IMG/VR virus record: IMGVR_UViG_3300044728_000133 | Length of the DNA stretch: 64,000 nt | Direction: 5' to 3' (one strand) | Origin: a virus | Taxonomy: Duplodnaviria > Heunggongvirae > Uroviricota > Caudoviricetes | In this document: positions 13,274-23,135 of the stretch, in pieces | Numbering within the stretch: the stretch's first letter is position 1 | How the letters are laid out: each line of letters opens with the position of its first letter | Notes under the pieces: model-generated | What the model was told of the DNA's origin: nothing | Seen by the model: the letters and a program-made list of their open reading frames with translations, nothing else | Databases searched by the model: none | Made by a program: the position numbers and the translations under genes

Positions 13274-13930
13274 CTACGAGCCTGGCGTAACCGACGCCGT
13301 CGCGCAGTCAGCCGTCGGCGGTGTGTCTGACGTCTTCCAGACAGCACCTTCCGGCCCAACGTCCGAGCCGTCCGGAGGCCCATCCGAGTAGGGGCCGGAG
13401 CCCCAGAGCGGATTGGAGCGCGAGAAGCCGGTGAGGACCGGGTTCATGAAGTCCTCCTCGGCCGTGTTATCACCAAGCTGCCAGACCGATGCTGGCCACA
13501 CCCAGTGGATGTACGGATGGCCTGCGTCCTTGTTCGAGCCGACGATGTGCTGCGTCCAGATCTCGAAGCCCACCTGGCGTCGTACGTCACTGCAGTCCAG
13601 GGCGCTCGGGAAGTGGAAACCGACCGACTCGCCAGCATCAGTGATGGTGGTCGAGCCAACCATGAGAGCCATCATCTCCGGCTCCATGGCACCGTCGGTG
13701 AACGTGAACTCCCACCAGTTGAAGATGTCTTCAGCCTTGAAACGGGCGAGTGAGCAACCGCACCCGTTGCGCTGGCTGAAGGTGTTGCCTGTGTCGATGT
13801 TCGGGGAGAACGCGAGCGAGACGAGTTTGTCCGTCACGTACGAGTTGTCCCCTGCATCGACGTTACCGAACTCGTCGAGCAGCGTCACACGTGCTCCACA
13901 TGCCCCGAAGCTCGGTCCGCAATTGACCAT
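13274..13930 (-). CDS. hypothetical virion structural protein
   Basis: 218 aa ORF immediately downstream of capsid gene. Confidence 0.5.
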   Translation of the reverse strand: MVNCGPSFGACGARVTLLDEFGNVDAGDNSYVTDKLVSLAFSPNIDTGNTFSQRNGCGCSLARFKAEDIFNWWEFTFTDGAMEPEMMALMVGSTTITDAGESVGFHFPSALDCSDVRRQVGFEIWTQHIVGSNKDAGHPYIHWVWPASVWQLGDNTAEEDFMNPVLTGFSRSNPLWGSGPYSDGPPDGSDVGPEGAVWKTSDTPPTADCATASVTPGS

Positions 13931-14025
13931 CTAGAGCACCTCCCGGTCAACGTAGTAGGACGGAAGAGAGGAAGCCCCCCTCGGGTTCAGATTCATGGCT
14001 GGCTTCCTCTCTCCCTCAGCTTCGG

Positions 14026-15777
14026 CTAGCAGGTCGGCGCCGTCCCGAGTGCGGGGAAGACCCCGTTCGGGCAGACAACCTGGGTGACCCAGCGCGTCGC
14101 CTGCAGTGGTGCGAGGCGGGCGACGTTCTCGAACGACTCGCCGAAGAGCTGGAAGTCGTTCGTGCTGTTGAGCGTCGAGTCTCTGACGAGACCGAGCTCG
14201 AGGACACCGGAGTCGACGTGGATGAATGCACCCTCGGGGAACAGGGCGTACTCGACGTGATCCGGGAAGTCGTCGACCGTTGTTGAGTCGACCTCGGCAG
14301 AGAACTTGTCCGAACCGGTCGGAGCATCCAAGTAGTACGCGATCGAGATCCCGTACTGCTGGAGCTTCGACGTCAGTGCAGCTGCGGCCTGCTGACCATC
14401 GAACTGCGTCAGCGCGGAGTCGGCGGCCAAAAGGTCACCGATCCAGGCAGGCATCAGAACGCGATAGCGAGCGTTCTGATCCGAGCGCAGGTTGTACTGA
14501 ATGCTCGCCCGCGTCTTGAGGATCGCATTCGCCAGTCCGGCGAAGGCGTTCATCGTGGCACCAAGAGCAGCCTGCGTCACGTTCAGCGACTGCGCCTTGA
14601 TGCGGTCGAGCAGGTACGTCTCTGCCGTCCGCGCGTGCGCGGCCATCGTGAGATCGTTCTCGTGCGCGATCTTCTCCGGCCATGCCCGAGCGTTCAGGTT
14701 GCCGTACTCACGGCAGTGCGAGATCACCGTAACGGCCGTCTCGTTATAGTCGGCGCAGTCGAGGTCCTGACACGACTTCGTCGCGAAAGTGCCTCCCAGC
14801 GCGTCCTCGTCGACCGTGATGAGCGAGATCGCCGACGTGATGTCTGCGATGTAGCTCGACTCCGGCACGTTGACTCCACCGCGCTCGGCCTGGAAGGACG
14901 GAAGCGCATCGCGCACCGGCCGTGCCGAGGAAGCGAAGTTGACGAGCGAGTAGACATTCTCGAGCGGAGCACAGAGCCCACCCGAGGCGACCATCCCGAA
15001 GATACCGGGGATACCGGCGGGGATGACCTGACGGATCTTCTTGGCATTGGCGTCCGTCTCGCCCGGAGCGAGGATCCGCTCGGCCGGGAACTTGAACGCT
15101 GCGGAAGCGACGAGGAACTTCTGCTCCACGCCGTTCGCGCTCTTGGCAGGTGCACCGACCGAGCCGGCGACCTTGCGGTACGTGTCCGCGAGGGCCATGC
15201 GGTCGAGTGTCGAGCCGCCCCTGATGCCGACCTGTCCTGCGGCGGCAGTGAGAACGGCTCCCCCCTCCTTGCCCTTGCGCTCGCCTGTCGCGGCGGGCGG
15301 GCGACGAAGCGCGACGGCGGAGGCAGTGACCTTCTTGCTGTCCTCGACCTCTTCGACCTCTTCCTCTTCAGCTGCTGGCTCTTCGTCCACTGCTGGCTCC
15401 TCATCCGCAAGATCCTCGGACTCGGCAGAAGCCACCTCGGGCTCGGGCTCAGGCTCTGGCTCAGGATCGGGCTCGGGGGTGGGCTCTTCGTCCTCGGCAG
15501 GCTCGCCCTTGCGACGTGCAGCCAACTCGGACACTCGCGCCTGATAAGCCTCTTCGGCCTCGACGCGGCGCTGCTGCTCGGCCTTGATGGCCTCGATCTG
15601 CTCGATGCCAACCTCGAGCCCTGCGATCAGCTCGTCGGCCGAGAGGTCCTTCGTGTACTCCGGATCGCCAGCCTCTAGCTTCTCGGCTGCGACCTCGTGC
15701 TCCTTGAGCAGATCGGCGAGCGCCTCATCGGTCGCATCCTCGATCTTCTCCGGAAGCTCTGGGAAAAGCGGGTCCAT
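14026..15777 (-). CDS. major capsid protein (HK97-fold-like) fused to N-terminal acidic coiled-coil scaffold/delta domain
   Basis: 583 aa; N-terminal ~200 aa E/A-rich heptads then PEPDPEPEPEPEPE linker then capsid-like domain; SD gaaggag before ATG. Confidence 0.6.
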   Translation of the reverse strand: MDPLFPELPEKIEDATDEALADLLKEHEVAAEKLEAGDPEYTKDLSADELIAGLEVGIEQIEAIKAEQQRRVEAEEAYQARVSELAARRKGEPAEDEEPTPEPDPEPEPEPEPEVASAESEDLADEEPAVDEEPAAEEEEVEEVEDSKKVTASAVALRRPPAATGERKGKEGGAVLTAAAGQVGIRGGSTLDRMALADTYRKVAGSVGAPAKSANGVEQKFLVASAAFKFPAERILAPGETDANAKKIRQVIPAGIPGIFGMVASGGLCAPLENVYSLVNFASSARPVRDALPSFQAERGGVNVPESSYIADITSAISLITVDEDALGGTFATKSCQDLDCADYNETAVTVISHCREYGNLNARAWPEKIAHENDLTMAAHARTAETYLLDRIKAQSLNVTQAALGATMNAFAGLANAILKTRASIQYNLRSDQNARYRVLMPAWIGDLLAADSALTQFDGQQAAAALTSKLQQYGISIAYYLDAPTGSDKFSAEVDSTTVDDFPDHVEYALFPEGAFIHVDSGVLELGLVRDSTLNSTNDFQLFGESFENVARLAPLQATRWVTQVVCPNGVFPALGTAPTC

Positions 15778-15802
15778 GTCTGGTCTCCTTCGACTCGTAA
15801 AA

Positions 15803-15840
15803 CACTGAGGCGTGGAGTCCTATGGACTTCCGCTAGTCCA
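15803..15840 (-). promoter_or_regulatory. candidate promoter upstream of capsid gene (TTGACG-18-TAAGCT on minus strand)
   Basis: -35/-10-like hexamers by eye in the intergenic 15778..15897. Confidence 0.25.
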
Positions 15841-15897
15841 AGCGCGCTATGCGCTTCTCGAACTGCGTGGCAGCTTACGGTTACCGCCGGACGGACG

Positions 15898-16518
15898 TCA
15901 AGTACCGCCGGACCAGTCGATGTCGCGCTCACCGATGAAGTTGGCGACGGTACGCCCCTTGTCAGCCCCCCAGACCTCTTGCCTTCGACCGATCACAGAC
16001 TCCACCCGATCGGGGTGATCGACGATCGAAGGGCAGGCAACGAAGACGGTCTCCTGCTGGTTACGGATCCATTCGCCCATGATCGCGTCGTCGCTCGCGG
16101 GGTCCGGGCGGCCGGGGAGCTTGGCAGTTTCCGACCAGTCGAGGAATCGCTTGGCAGCTTCTCGCGGCCAGAGAACAGCGACCACCGGGCAGAACTTGGC
16201 GATAGGCATGACCATGTACCGAGACCCAGCCTTGTCGCACTTGAGAGCGTTCACCGTGACGTGCCGGGGAAGCCAAGCGAGGAAGAGCACCACTGGGTGA
16301 TCGGGCTTGGCGGTAGCCATCTGGGTTACCGCTAGCGGGAACTCTCGACAGACCTCTACATCCTCTTGGAGGAGAGCGCAGTGTGTTCCATTAGATCCAG
16401 TAGATCTAATGAAAGTAGTCAGCGCCTGGCGGTACCCGAACCAGGGATTGGGGGGCTCGGAGGCATGCGTCGAGACTGTGACCGGGAGCGGGTCAAGAGA
16501 CGCCAGAAGCGCGGGCAA
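15898..16518 (-). CDS. hypothetical protein (partly low-GC segment)
   Basis: 206 aa minus-strand ORF between protease-like and capsid genes; contains local AT-rich stretch 16380..16430. Confidence 0.4.
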   Translation of the reverse strand: MPALLASLDPLPVTVSTHASEPPNPWFGYRQALTTFIRSTGSNGTHCALLQEDVEVCREFPLAVTQMATAKPDHPVVLFLAWLPRHVTVNALKCDKAGSRYMVMPIAKFCPVVAVLWPREAAKRFLDWSETAKLPGRPDPASDDAIMGEWIRNQQETVFVACPSIVDHPDRVESVIGRRQEVWGADKGRTVANFIGERDIDWSGGT

Positions 16519-16561
16519 TAGGAAGTCCCGCGAGGGGTGCGCCTGGATGTACGCGTGTACT

Positions 16562-18184
16562 TCAGGCAGCGTCGTCGTCAGTCACAGCCATCGCCTCACG
16601 CCGCATGCGTGCGCGGGTAGAAGGCCGATAGCCAAGCGAAGCAGCCAGACGATCGGAGAGCATCTTGCGCTTGCGCAGACGCTTGCGATAGCCCATGTCC
16701 TCGGTGATCTCCAGCGGTGCGGAGATGATGGCGGAGATCTCACCGTTCGCGGAGGCCACAAGCGCGCGCCGGGCAATCGGGAACCCACCGACCGGAACGG
16801 AGAACGCAGCGATCAGTTCGCCGACGCCCTTGATCGGACGCCAGTCACCCGACGGCGGGTGAGTGCGCAGATGCTGGATCTCGAGATCGTTGAGGTCTGA
16901 GCGAAGAGCGCCCACTAGGTAGGTGCCGTAACGATCGGCGCCAGCTCGGACGAATGCACCCACGCAGGTCGCGTCGTCGTAGTGATCCATGACGTCCTGG
17001 ATGGTCATCTCCTCGTCGTCGACGTCAGCATGCCCGACACCATCTCGTGAGAACATGAGCTTTCCGCACGGGATGAGATCGCCCTCAGCCGTCTCGATCT
17101 CGCCCGTGTTGAAGTATGCGTAGTCGGTCGCGGAGCGGAAGGGCGGAACGCAGATGCCCTGGAAACCGATGTGACATCCGTCCCAGTCGGCGAGGTGTCC
17201 GAAGACCTGCCCCTCCTTGGTGATCGTGAGAGGAGTCAGCTCCGAGAAATATGGATCCGCGAACCACTCGGCCGGAGGCTTCACGGGACCGGCAGCCGCG
17301 GTGAGCGCCCTCGGCCGGAGAACGCGGATCCGTCCAGCACTTGCGACCATGACCTTGTCCTCGACGATTCGGATCGAAGCCTCTTCGAAGGCGGGGACGT
17401 CGACGATGGTCGCACCACCGATCTTCCCGCCGTAACCTTCGAGGTAGCCGCCCATGAGGATGTCCTCCAGGGACATGTCTGTGGCGTCGACCTCTTCGAG
17501 CGTCTCAGGGTCGACAAGGGCAAAACGGTCAGCCGGGAGGTCGACCGAGATACCGGAGCCGTTCTTCAGCATCCGCATTCCCTCGTCTGCCCACTCGGAC
17601 GTATCGAAGGAGCCCTGGCCGTAGATGATCACGGCGCCGTCGGGCATCTCATCGAGATTCAGGTCGAACTCCGCAGCGAGCTCGATGTCAAACTCGGCCT
17701 TGGGAATGTGCTGGATCGAGTCGATCCGTCCAGCGTTCCCGGCCTCCGAGTGCCCCTCCGCGCGCGTGACCTGCGCAGCGATGGGCAGCGGAAGCGAGCG
17801 CTCGTCGATCTCGCCTGCGAGCAGGATGCGCCGGTCGGACGTGGGCTTCCCTTCGATCGCAAGCACGCCGTCCCACTCTGGGCCGCGAACTTCCTCCTCG
17901 GCTACTGGGGCGACTTCACCTGCCTGGGCTTCCTCGACCGCCGCCGCGACAGCAGCCTTGAACCACTCTTCGAGCTGTGGCCCCGACCCAGTCACTTCCG
18001 TCGCCATGGGTGGGAGAGTAACTTCGTTATCGGTCGTCATTGCCGACTCCTCCTCCGGCGGTGCGTTCTCGTACAGGGCGCGCTGCTGTCTCTGAGCTTT
18101 CGCCTTGCTGTCGTGACAACCATGTGTCTTCGTCGGGCTGACCACACACCACTTCTTGCCACGTTTGATGACCTCGTACGGCAT
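16562..18184 (-). CDS. putative prohead protease / head morphogenesis protein
   Basis: 540 aa, positioned between portal and capsid genes; acidic N-terminal region; function inferred from synteny. Confidence 0.45.
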   Translation of the reverse strand: MPYEVIKRGKKWCVVSPTKTHGCHDSKAKAQRQQRALYENAPPEEESAMTTDNEVTLPPMATEVTGSGPQLEEWFKAAVAAAVEEAQAGEVAPVAEEEVRGPEWDGVLAIEGKPTSDRRILLAGEIDERSLPLPIAAQVTRAEGHSEAGNAGRIDSIQHIPKAEFDIELAAEFDLNLDEMPDGAVIIYGQGSFDTSEWADEGMRMLKNGSGISVDLPADRFALVDPETLEEVDATDMSLEDILMGGYLEGYGGKIGGATIVDVPAFEEASIRIVEDKVMVASAGRIRVLRPRALTAAAGPVKPPAEWFADPYFSELTPLTITKEGQVFGHLADWDGCHIGFQGICVPPFRSATDYAYFNTGEIETAEGDLIPCGKLMFSRDGVGHADVDDEEMTIQDVMDHYDDATCVGAFVRAGADRYGTYLVGALRSDLNDLEIQHLRTHPPSGDWRPIKGVGELIAAFSVPVGGFPIARRALVASANGEISAIISAPLEITEDMGYRKRLRKRKMLSDRLAASLGYRPSTRARMRREAMAVTDDDAA

Positions 18185-20082
18185 CAGACCCCCAGGGCTG
18201 CAGCTCCCACAATCTCGTGGAGTTCCCGAAGTGCCTCATTGTTGCGATCGACGATCTCCTGCTCCATCGCCTCCGACACTTCCACTGCGCGTGTGACCTG
18301 CGCAGCAAACCCGGAGGGTAGATCAGGGAGGCGGTGCTCGAAGAGCGACTTGGCAGTCAAGACTTCCACCACCTGAGCCAGGGCCTTCGCCTGAGAGTCC
18401 TCGATGTGTATGTCCTTGCAGAATGCGAGGAAGTCATCGGCGCTTCCCTGGACGAGGTCCAGCGGATCTTCATCCGGAATTCTCTCGCGACCAACGATCG
18501 CGGCGAACAGATGGTTCGGATGATTGCCCGTGATGGCAGCGATGTCCGGACGGACCTTGCCATTGACCCTGAACTTGGTGCGGAGCTTGGCGCCGGCTGA
18601 GCCACGGCAGCGAATCATCGCGAGCTTGGCGGCACCCTGGATCGCCATCGAGCGCTCCTTGCGAGAGACATCGCGGCCATCGGTTGGCTCGGGCGGACCG
18701 TCTTCGGCAGGCGTCTGATCGTTCGGACCAGCAACTGGGCCTCGGGGGCGCTGGGATGGCGGGGTGTATCCAGCAGGGAGATACTTGGGCGGCAGGAGAC
18801 CCGGGTCGCGCATCCGCAGCGCGATCTGCAGTTGCGTCTCTTCCTCGTCGGGCTTCATGTCGTCAGGGATGCCGGAGAGCGTCCGGTAGCCCTTGCGGTT
18901 GATGATCCCGGGGCGATCGATCGCCTGCTTGGCGTCCTCCCCGCGATCGGGGCTGATGACGACTTCGGAGTCGTCGAACCCGACCACGATCGAATCCCAG
19001 CCCTCGTACTTCTCCTTGATCAAAGCTGGGCGCAGATACGAGTCCGAGAGATCGTCACAGAACTGCTCGGCCACGCCTGCTCCGTGCGAGCGCCACATGT
19101 CGTGCATGACCTGCTTGGCCGTCCAGTGGTTCGAGTCAGTCATGCCTTTCAGCGCCTCGGGCGGCATGTCGAGTCCGTATGAGAGACGCGTGATGGCCTC
19201 CGTGCGCAGCGCCTGCTCCATGTAGTCGGTCGCGGGGTCGTGGATCTTCATCCAGTCGAGCCCGGCCAGGAACTCCATCGCGCCCTCGGTCATGAGCGGC
19301 ATCGCTGCTTCAGCCGAGCCCGCTGTCTCGATGACGCCTGTTATGTGGTCGAGCATCTCGCGCAGATACGGGTTCGCCTCAGGGTCTGCGTCTGCTCCGG
19401 GAACCTCGCTGCCGAAGGAAAGCTCTGCCGGGATCTTGAGGATGCCCTGCAGCATGCGGCTGACAGCGGTCGCGCGGACAGCCCGACCGAGGAGAACAAG
19501 CTCTTCGGCGATCTCCAGGGCACCGCGCATTGGAGACTCAGCTGCACCTGATTCGTCAGGAGCTGGCATCCAGAAGCGATAAGCCTCCGCCCTGGAGGAT
19601 GAGTACTCCTTCGGAACAGCGTTCGACTTTCGCTTCCAGGTGATTTGGCCGCTGTCTCCGAAGGTCAGCTCGTTGTTCCAGACGAACTGCCAGCGCTCCC
19701 TCGGAGTCCCGAAGTCGACACCCAGGAGGTAGCCCTCGCCGGTGATGAACATGAGACGACCGTAAGAACCGAGGATCGAAGAAAGCCCACCGCCTGGATC
19801 CTGGATGCGATTCAGGATGTCGACCGGGGGACCTTCAGTGATCCTCGTGGTCACTCCCGCGTCATCGAGTATCGCCGGGAAGATCTTGACCTTCTTCAGC
19901 ATGCGCGAGTAGAAGCGCGAGCCGAAGTTCAGCTCCGGGACGAGGTAGATGTAGGAGAGCGCTCGGGTCTGCCAGTCTTCTGTTTGGCGCTTGCGGGTCT
20001 CAGAGTCGCGTTTCTCGACCTTGGTCGCGGAAGCGACAATGGCCTTCGGGCGAGACGTCGGAAGCGCGAGGGGTACTGCCAC
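18184..20082 (-). CDS. portal protein
   Basis: 632 aa; size, composition and position upstream of protease/capsid; GTG start with AGGAGG SD. Confidence 0.65.
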   Translation of the reverse strand: MAVPLALPTSRPKAIVASATKVEKRDSETRKRQTEDWQTRALSYIYLVPELNFGSRFYSRMLKKVKIFPAILDDAGVTTRITEGPPVDILNRIQDPGGGLSSILGSYGRLMFITGEGYLLGVDFGTPRERWQFVWNNELTFGDSGQITWKRKSNAVPKEYSSSRAEAYRFWMPAPDESGAAESPMRGALEIAEELVLLGRAVRATAVSRMLQGILKIPAELSFGSEVPGADADPEANPYLREMLDHITGVIETAGSAEAAMPLMTEGAMEFLAGLDWMKIHDPATDYMEQALRTEAITRLSYGLDMPPEALKGMTDSNHWTAKQVMHDMWRSHGAGVAEQFCDDLSDSYLRPALIKEKYEGWDSIVVGFDDSEVVISPDRGEDAKQAIDRPGIINRKGYRTLSGIPDDMKPDEEETQLQIALRMRDPGLLPPKYLPAGYTPPSQRPRGPVAGPNDQTPAEDGPPEPTDGRDVSRKERSMAIQGAAKLAMIRCRGSAGAKLRTKFRVNGKVRPDIAAITGNHPNHLFAAIVGRERIPDEDPLDLVQGSADDFLAFCKDIHIEDSQAKALAQVVEVLTAKSLFEHRLPDLPSGFAAQVTRAVEVSEAMEQEIVDRNNEALRELHEIVGAAALGV

Positions 20083-20282
20083 TCCTACCTCCTACTGCCG
20101 GTGCGGGCAGCCCGAGTGGCGGCGTAGCGCTCGCGGCGTTCCTCTTGCGCGCGCATGCGCTCCTGCCGCTTTTCCTCAATCGCGGCAGCCTCCTCAGCGG
20201 AGCGAGCAGTGGGCACGCTTGCGCCCTTGTCCTTGCAGCCACACGCCATGGCCGAGCAGCATAGGGACTCCGGATGACGGAG

Positions 20283-20642
20283 TTACTTGTCTTCGTCTTT
20301 AGCGAGCGTCTTGTGACCAGCGACTGCAAACGTTCCGAGGACGAAGAGAATGGCCGCTAGTTCCGTCCACTTCTGTGTGACTTCCCAGGCAGCCAGCCAG
20401 CCGACGCCGATCCAGAACCCCGCGCAGTACGGGCAGGTGAGCCAGAGAGCGAGGTCGAGACGGTAGAGCTCGCCGACCTCAGCCTCAGGTGTTCCTGCCT
20501 TCGCGCCTGCTCTCCACTCCTTGTTCAGACGAAGCAACCAGCGCCGCGGGCGATTCAGGATCGTGTCGAAAGCGATCAGCTGGAAAGCTCGCCAAGTGGC
20601 GACGCCGAGGATCGCAAGCGAGTACCAGTCGGGGACTTTCAC
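20283..20642 (-). CDS. membrane protein (3 predicted TM segments)
   Basis: 119 aa hydrophobic ORF. Confidence 0.5.
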   Translation of the reverse strand: MKVPDWYSLAILGVATWRAFQLIAFDTILNRPRRWLLRLNKEWRAGAKAGTPEAEVGELYRLDLALWLTCPYCAGFWIGVGWLAAWEVTQKWTELAAILFVLGTFAVAGHKTLAKDEDK

Positions 20643-20989
20643 GGGCGCCCCTCACAGTACAACTCGACTGGGATGTCGTGCTTCTCAGCGAGGTCGACCA
20701 TCATCGCGGTTCCGCTCGAGCGACCATCCCAGAAGGCAAGACAGAGATCAGCGCCAATCTCGGCCATTCTCCGGTTCCGGAGAAAACCAGCTCGCTTGCC
20801 GTAATACTCCCAGTCTGCCGGGTGCTCTTCGACAAGGAGTCCGAGCTTCTGCGCTTCTTGTCCGGCGATCCGATCTGCACCCCTCGCTGCTCCGTGAACG
20901 ATGACGGTGCCCGTCGGCAGGTCGAAGAGGCGATTGGCGATCGCATCACGGTCAGTCCACTCCCGAGATCCGCATACGATGACCCTCAC
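20639..20989 (-). CDS. DUF2493/SLOG-like Rossmann-fold protein
   Basis: C-terminal 116 aa of ORF 20639..21421: VRVIVCGSREWTD...TVIVHGAARGAD...; GTG start forms GTGA overlap with stop of upstream GT2 gene. Confidence 0.5.
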   Translation of the reverse strand: MRVIVCGSREWTDRDAIANRLFDLPTGTVIVHGAARGADRIAGQEAQKLGLLVEEHPADWEYYGKRAGFLRNRRMAEIGADLCLAFWDGRSSGTAMMVDLAEKHDIPVELYCEGRP

Positions 20990-21726
20990 TGCGCTCGTGC
21001 AGCGAGTTCGGCCCGCCACGGTTCGATCCCTGTGGGCCATGGCACCGAGGTGACGACCACCTGCTCGTCCGTGAAGAGGATCGACTGCAGATGCCTGTCC
21101 TGGTGGAACTTGCCCTGGTCGTGGACGAAGTAGCGCTCGGCGCGCGCGACACGCTCGGCCGTTCGCGTCCACCCAAAGTGAAAGACACTCGAGCCCGAGA
21201 TCTGGGACTTCGCCCGCCTTACCGCCAGCGGTTCTCGCCCACAGGCGAGCTTGCGATCGGGGATCATCCAGTTGCCCCCGAGACGTGCCGGAGCCTTCCA
21301 AAGGATCGGGCACTTCCTCGGCCCCCAGAGGCCGTCGACGCGCAAACACAGCTCTCGCTCCGAGCACATCCAGACCTCGTCCATCTGCAACGTGTAGACC
21401 GCCTCGCCCTTGGCCATGCACTCGCGCACGATCTCAGGGCTCCCCACGAACTCGTCTGCATCGATGGAGAGAACGTAGGTCGGGCTGGCCTCCATCGTCC
21501 ACATCAGAAGTCGGTTGCGTAGTTCTGACTCATGTTCCATGAAGGGCTTCCCGGCGTTCCCCCCCACGCTCACCCGATCCTGTCTGAGCAGATATTCGAA
21601 GGTGCCGTCTGTCGAACCGTCGTCGATGACGCGGATCTCGTCGCAGAAGCTGAGGAGGTGCGGAATGACGATGTCGAGGTAGCGCCCCATTTCGTTTTTG
21701 CAGACCATCGAAGCGACGAGTGTCAT
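20986..21726 (-). CDS. glycosyltransferase family 2
   Basis: internal start M107 of ORF 20986..22044 (SD ggaggga); MTLVASMVCKNEMGRYLDIVIPHLLSFCDEIRVIDDGSTDGT = GT2 N-terminal signature. Confidence 0.7.
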   Translation of the reverse strand: MTLVASMVCKNEMGRYLDIVIPHLLSFCDEIRVIDDGSTDGTFEYLLRQDRVSVGGNAGKPFMEHESELRNRLLMWTMEASPTYVLSIDADEFVGSPEIVRECMAKGEAVYTLQMDEVWMCSERELCLRVDGLWGPRKCPILWKAPARLGGNWMIPDRKLACGREPLAVRRAKSQISGSSVFHFGWTRTAERVARAERYFVHDQGKFHQDRHLQSILFTDEQVVVTSVPWPTGIEPWRAELAARAQ

Positions 21727-22481
21727 GCGATTCCCTCCCGGACGGGGCCGACCAGCTCGATGATGTCGTGAGGGATCCAACTCCAGTAAGGAGCAGAGAT
21801 CTTTTCGTACGGTGGCCAGTCCCGGTTCCAGCCGCGCTGCTTGTAGTAGGCGGTGAGGCTCAGCCATGGTTCCTCGGGGATCCTGTCGAGCTGTGGGCAG
21901 GGAATGTCTGGGGTGATCCAACCGCGGATCCAGCGGTACAGCTGCTGGTGCTCCGTCCACCCGAAGTAGCCGCGCACGGGAATCGGAGGAAGTTGCCTGA
22001 AGCGCTCGGCGTTCATGAGACCAACCCCGCCGATGTGCGTGCACTCCTCGAAGCCGAAGGCGCCGTCTAGGAGCACACCGTCACGTCCGGCCATCTTCGT
22101 CTGCCCCGCCTCCATTCCGAGCAGCTCAATCTCCTGAGAAGTCCAGACTGAGAGCATGTTCTCCAACCAGAACGGCGGCAAGGCGATGTCGTTGTCGATC
22201 TTCGCGAAGACGTCGCAGGCAGTGCGTTCGATGAAGTGGTTCATGAGGGCCGGCGGCGAGTGCAGCTTGGTATGCCACATCTCGATCTCGGGGTAGTTGC
22301 CGGAGCGGTTGAGCTCGACCACCTTCTCCGAGAGCCAGAACTTCGACTCCTTCCCCGACTCATCGTCGATGACCACCATCCTGGTGACGGCGTTCCAGTT
22401 CGTGTTCCGGATAAGCAGTTCGAAAGTGGCCTTGGTAAACGCGAGCCGCTCGCGTGCAGTGAAGAGGATCTCGAGGTTCAT
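21723..22481 (-). CDS. glycosyltransferase (GT-A like)
   Basis: 252 aa; VIDDESGKES and DNDIALPP DxD-type motifs; ATGA overlap with downstream GT2. Confidence 0.6.
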   Translation of the reverse strand: MNLEILFTARERLAFTKATFELLIRNTNWNAVTRMVVIDDESGKESKFWLSEKVVELNRSGNYPEIEMWHTKLHSPPALMNHFIERTACDVFAKIDNDIALPPFWLENMLSVWTSQEIELLGMEAGQTKMAGRDGVLLDGAFGFEECTHIGGVGLMNAERFRQLPPIPVRGYFGWTEHQQLYRWIRGWITPDIPCPQLDRIPEEPWLSLTAYYKQRGWNRDWPPYEKISAPYWSWIPHDIIELVGPVREGIA

Positions 22482-22642
22482 GGTTTCGTGTCTTGACTGC
22501 GTTCGTCTCGCTGTTCAGCCTCAAGCTGATCGAAGAACGCGTTCATCGCGCCCACCATCAGGCGCACCGTCTTCGTCAGTTCCTCGCGGAAGTTGGTAAC
22601 CAGCACGCGAGCGAGGTAATCAACCTGTGGGTTCTCGCTCAT
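22478..22642 (-). CDS. small hypothetical protein
   Basis: internal ATG (MSENPQVDY...) of ORF 22478..22816; ATGA overlaps. Confidence 0.4.
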   Translation of the reverse strand: MSENPQVDYLARVLVTNFREELTKTVRLMVGAMNAFFDQLEAEQRDERSQDTKP

Positions 22643-22836
22643 GCGTCCGGCTCTCGCTCTTGGCTTTGTGCTTTGCGCCGCCGAGATCCGAGGAGCATGT
22701 TCCCATCCTCGGAACCTGACGACCCACCCCAGCCGTGAACCTTCGCGCCCTTCTTGCTTGCTTCCATAGCGAACTCCGAGACAGCCCATGACGGGCCGTA
22801 GATCAGAAGTCGCCATTCACCGTCGCGGCGGTACAT
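22639..22836 (-). CDS. small hypothetical protein
   Basis: internal start of ORF 22639..23043; stop overlaps next start. Confidence 0.3.
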   Translation of the reverse strand: MYRRDGEWRLLIYGPSWAVSEFAMEASKKGAKVHGWGGSSGSEDGNMLLGSRRRKAQSQEREPDA

Positions 22837-22874
22837 CTTTCCGCGCACCGCAATTCCTGTCGGATCTTCAAGGC

Positions 22875-23135
22875 TCACGGCCTGTCCTCTTGGTTCGAGA
22901 CCGTGGTGACGGTCGCCCCGGTACAGCGAACGCAACACGGCATCGATGGAGCCATGACCGCGCCGCACTTCGGACAGACCCAGCCGCTCGGAGCGACGAC
23001 GGGTGGTGCCATAGGATTCGGATACGGCGTGAGCGGATTCCACGGCGCAGGGAATGTCCGAGGATGACGCCAGCAGCTACCGCTCGTTGACTGACGGCAC
23101 GCCTCGCACGTTCCGCCGTAGTAGGGAACGCTCAT
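22875..23135 (-). CDS. small Cys-rich (zinc-ribbon-like) protein
   Basis: internal start MSVPYYGGTCEAC... ; CPKCG, CCVRC motifs; ATGA overlap with 23132..23740. Confidence 0.4.
   Translation of the reverse strand: MSVPYYGGTCEACRQSTSGSCWRHPRTFPAPWNPLTPYPNPMAPPVVAPSGWVCPKCGAVMAPSMPCCVRCTGATVTTVSNQEDRP

Noticed and set aside
14635-15678. 347-aa plus-strand ORF and several others antisense to the capsid, portal, terminase and protease genes (for example 17171..18376, 34660..35568, 35596..36327, 28027..28923)
   Set aside because: These are typical high-GC antisense open frames. Arg/Leu/Gly-rich low-complexity translations, no RBS, and they conflict with well-supported genes on the other strand.
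20090-20250. Possible roughly 52-aa Arg/Glu-rich small ORF on minus strand between membrane-protein gene and portal (MACGCKDKGASVPTARSAEEAAAIEEKRQERMRAQEERRERYAA…)
   Set aside because: No convincing SD and my coordinates are uncertain. Kept out of the feature list, but it could be a real small coiled-coil protein.
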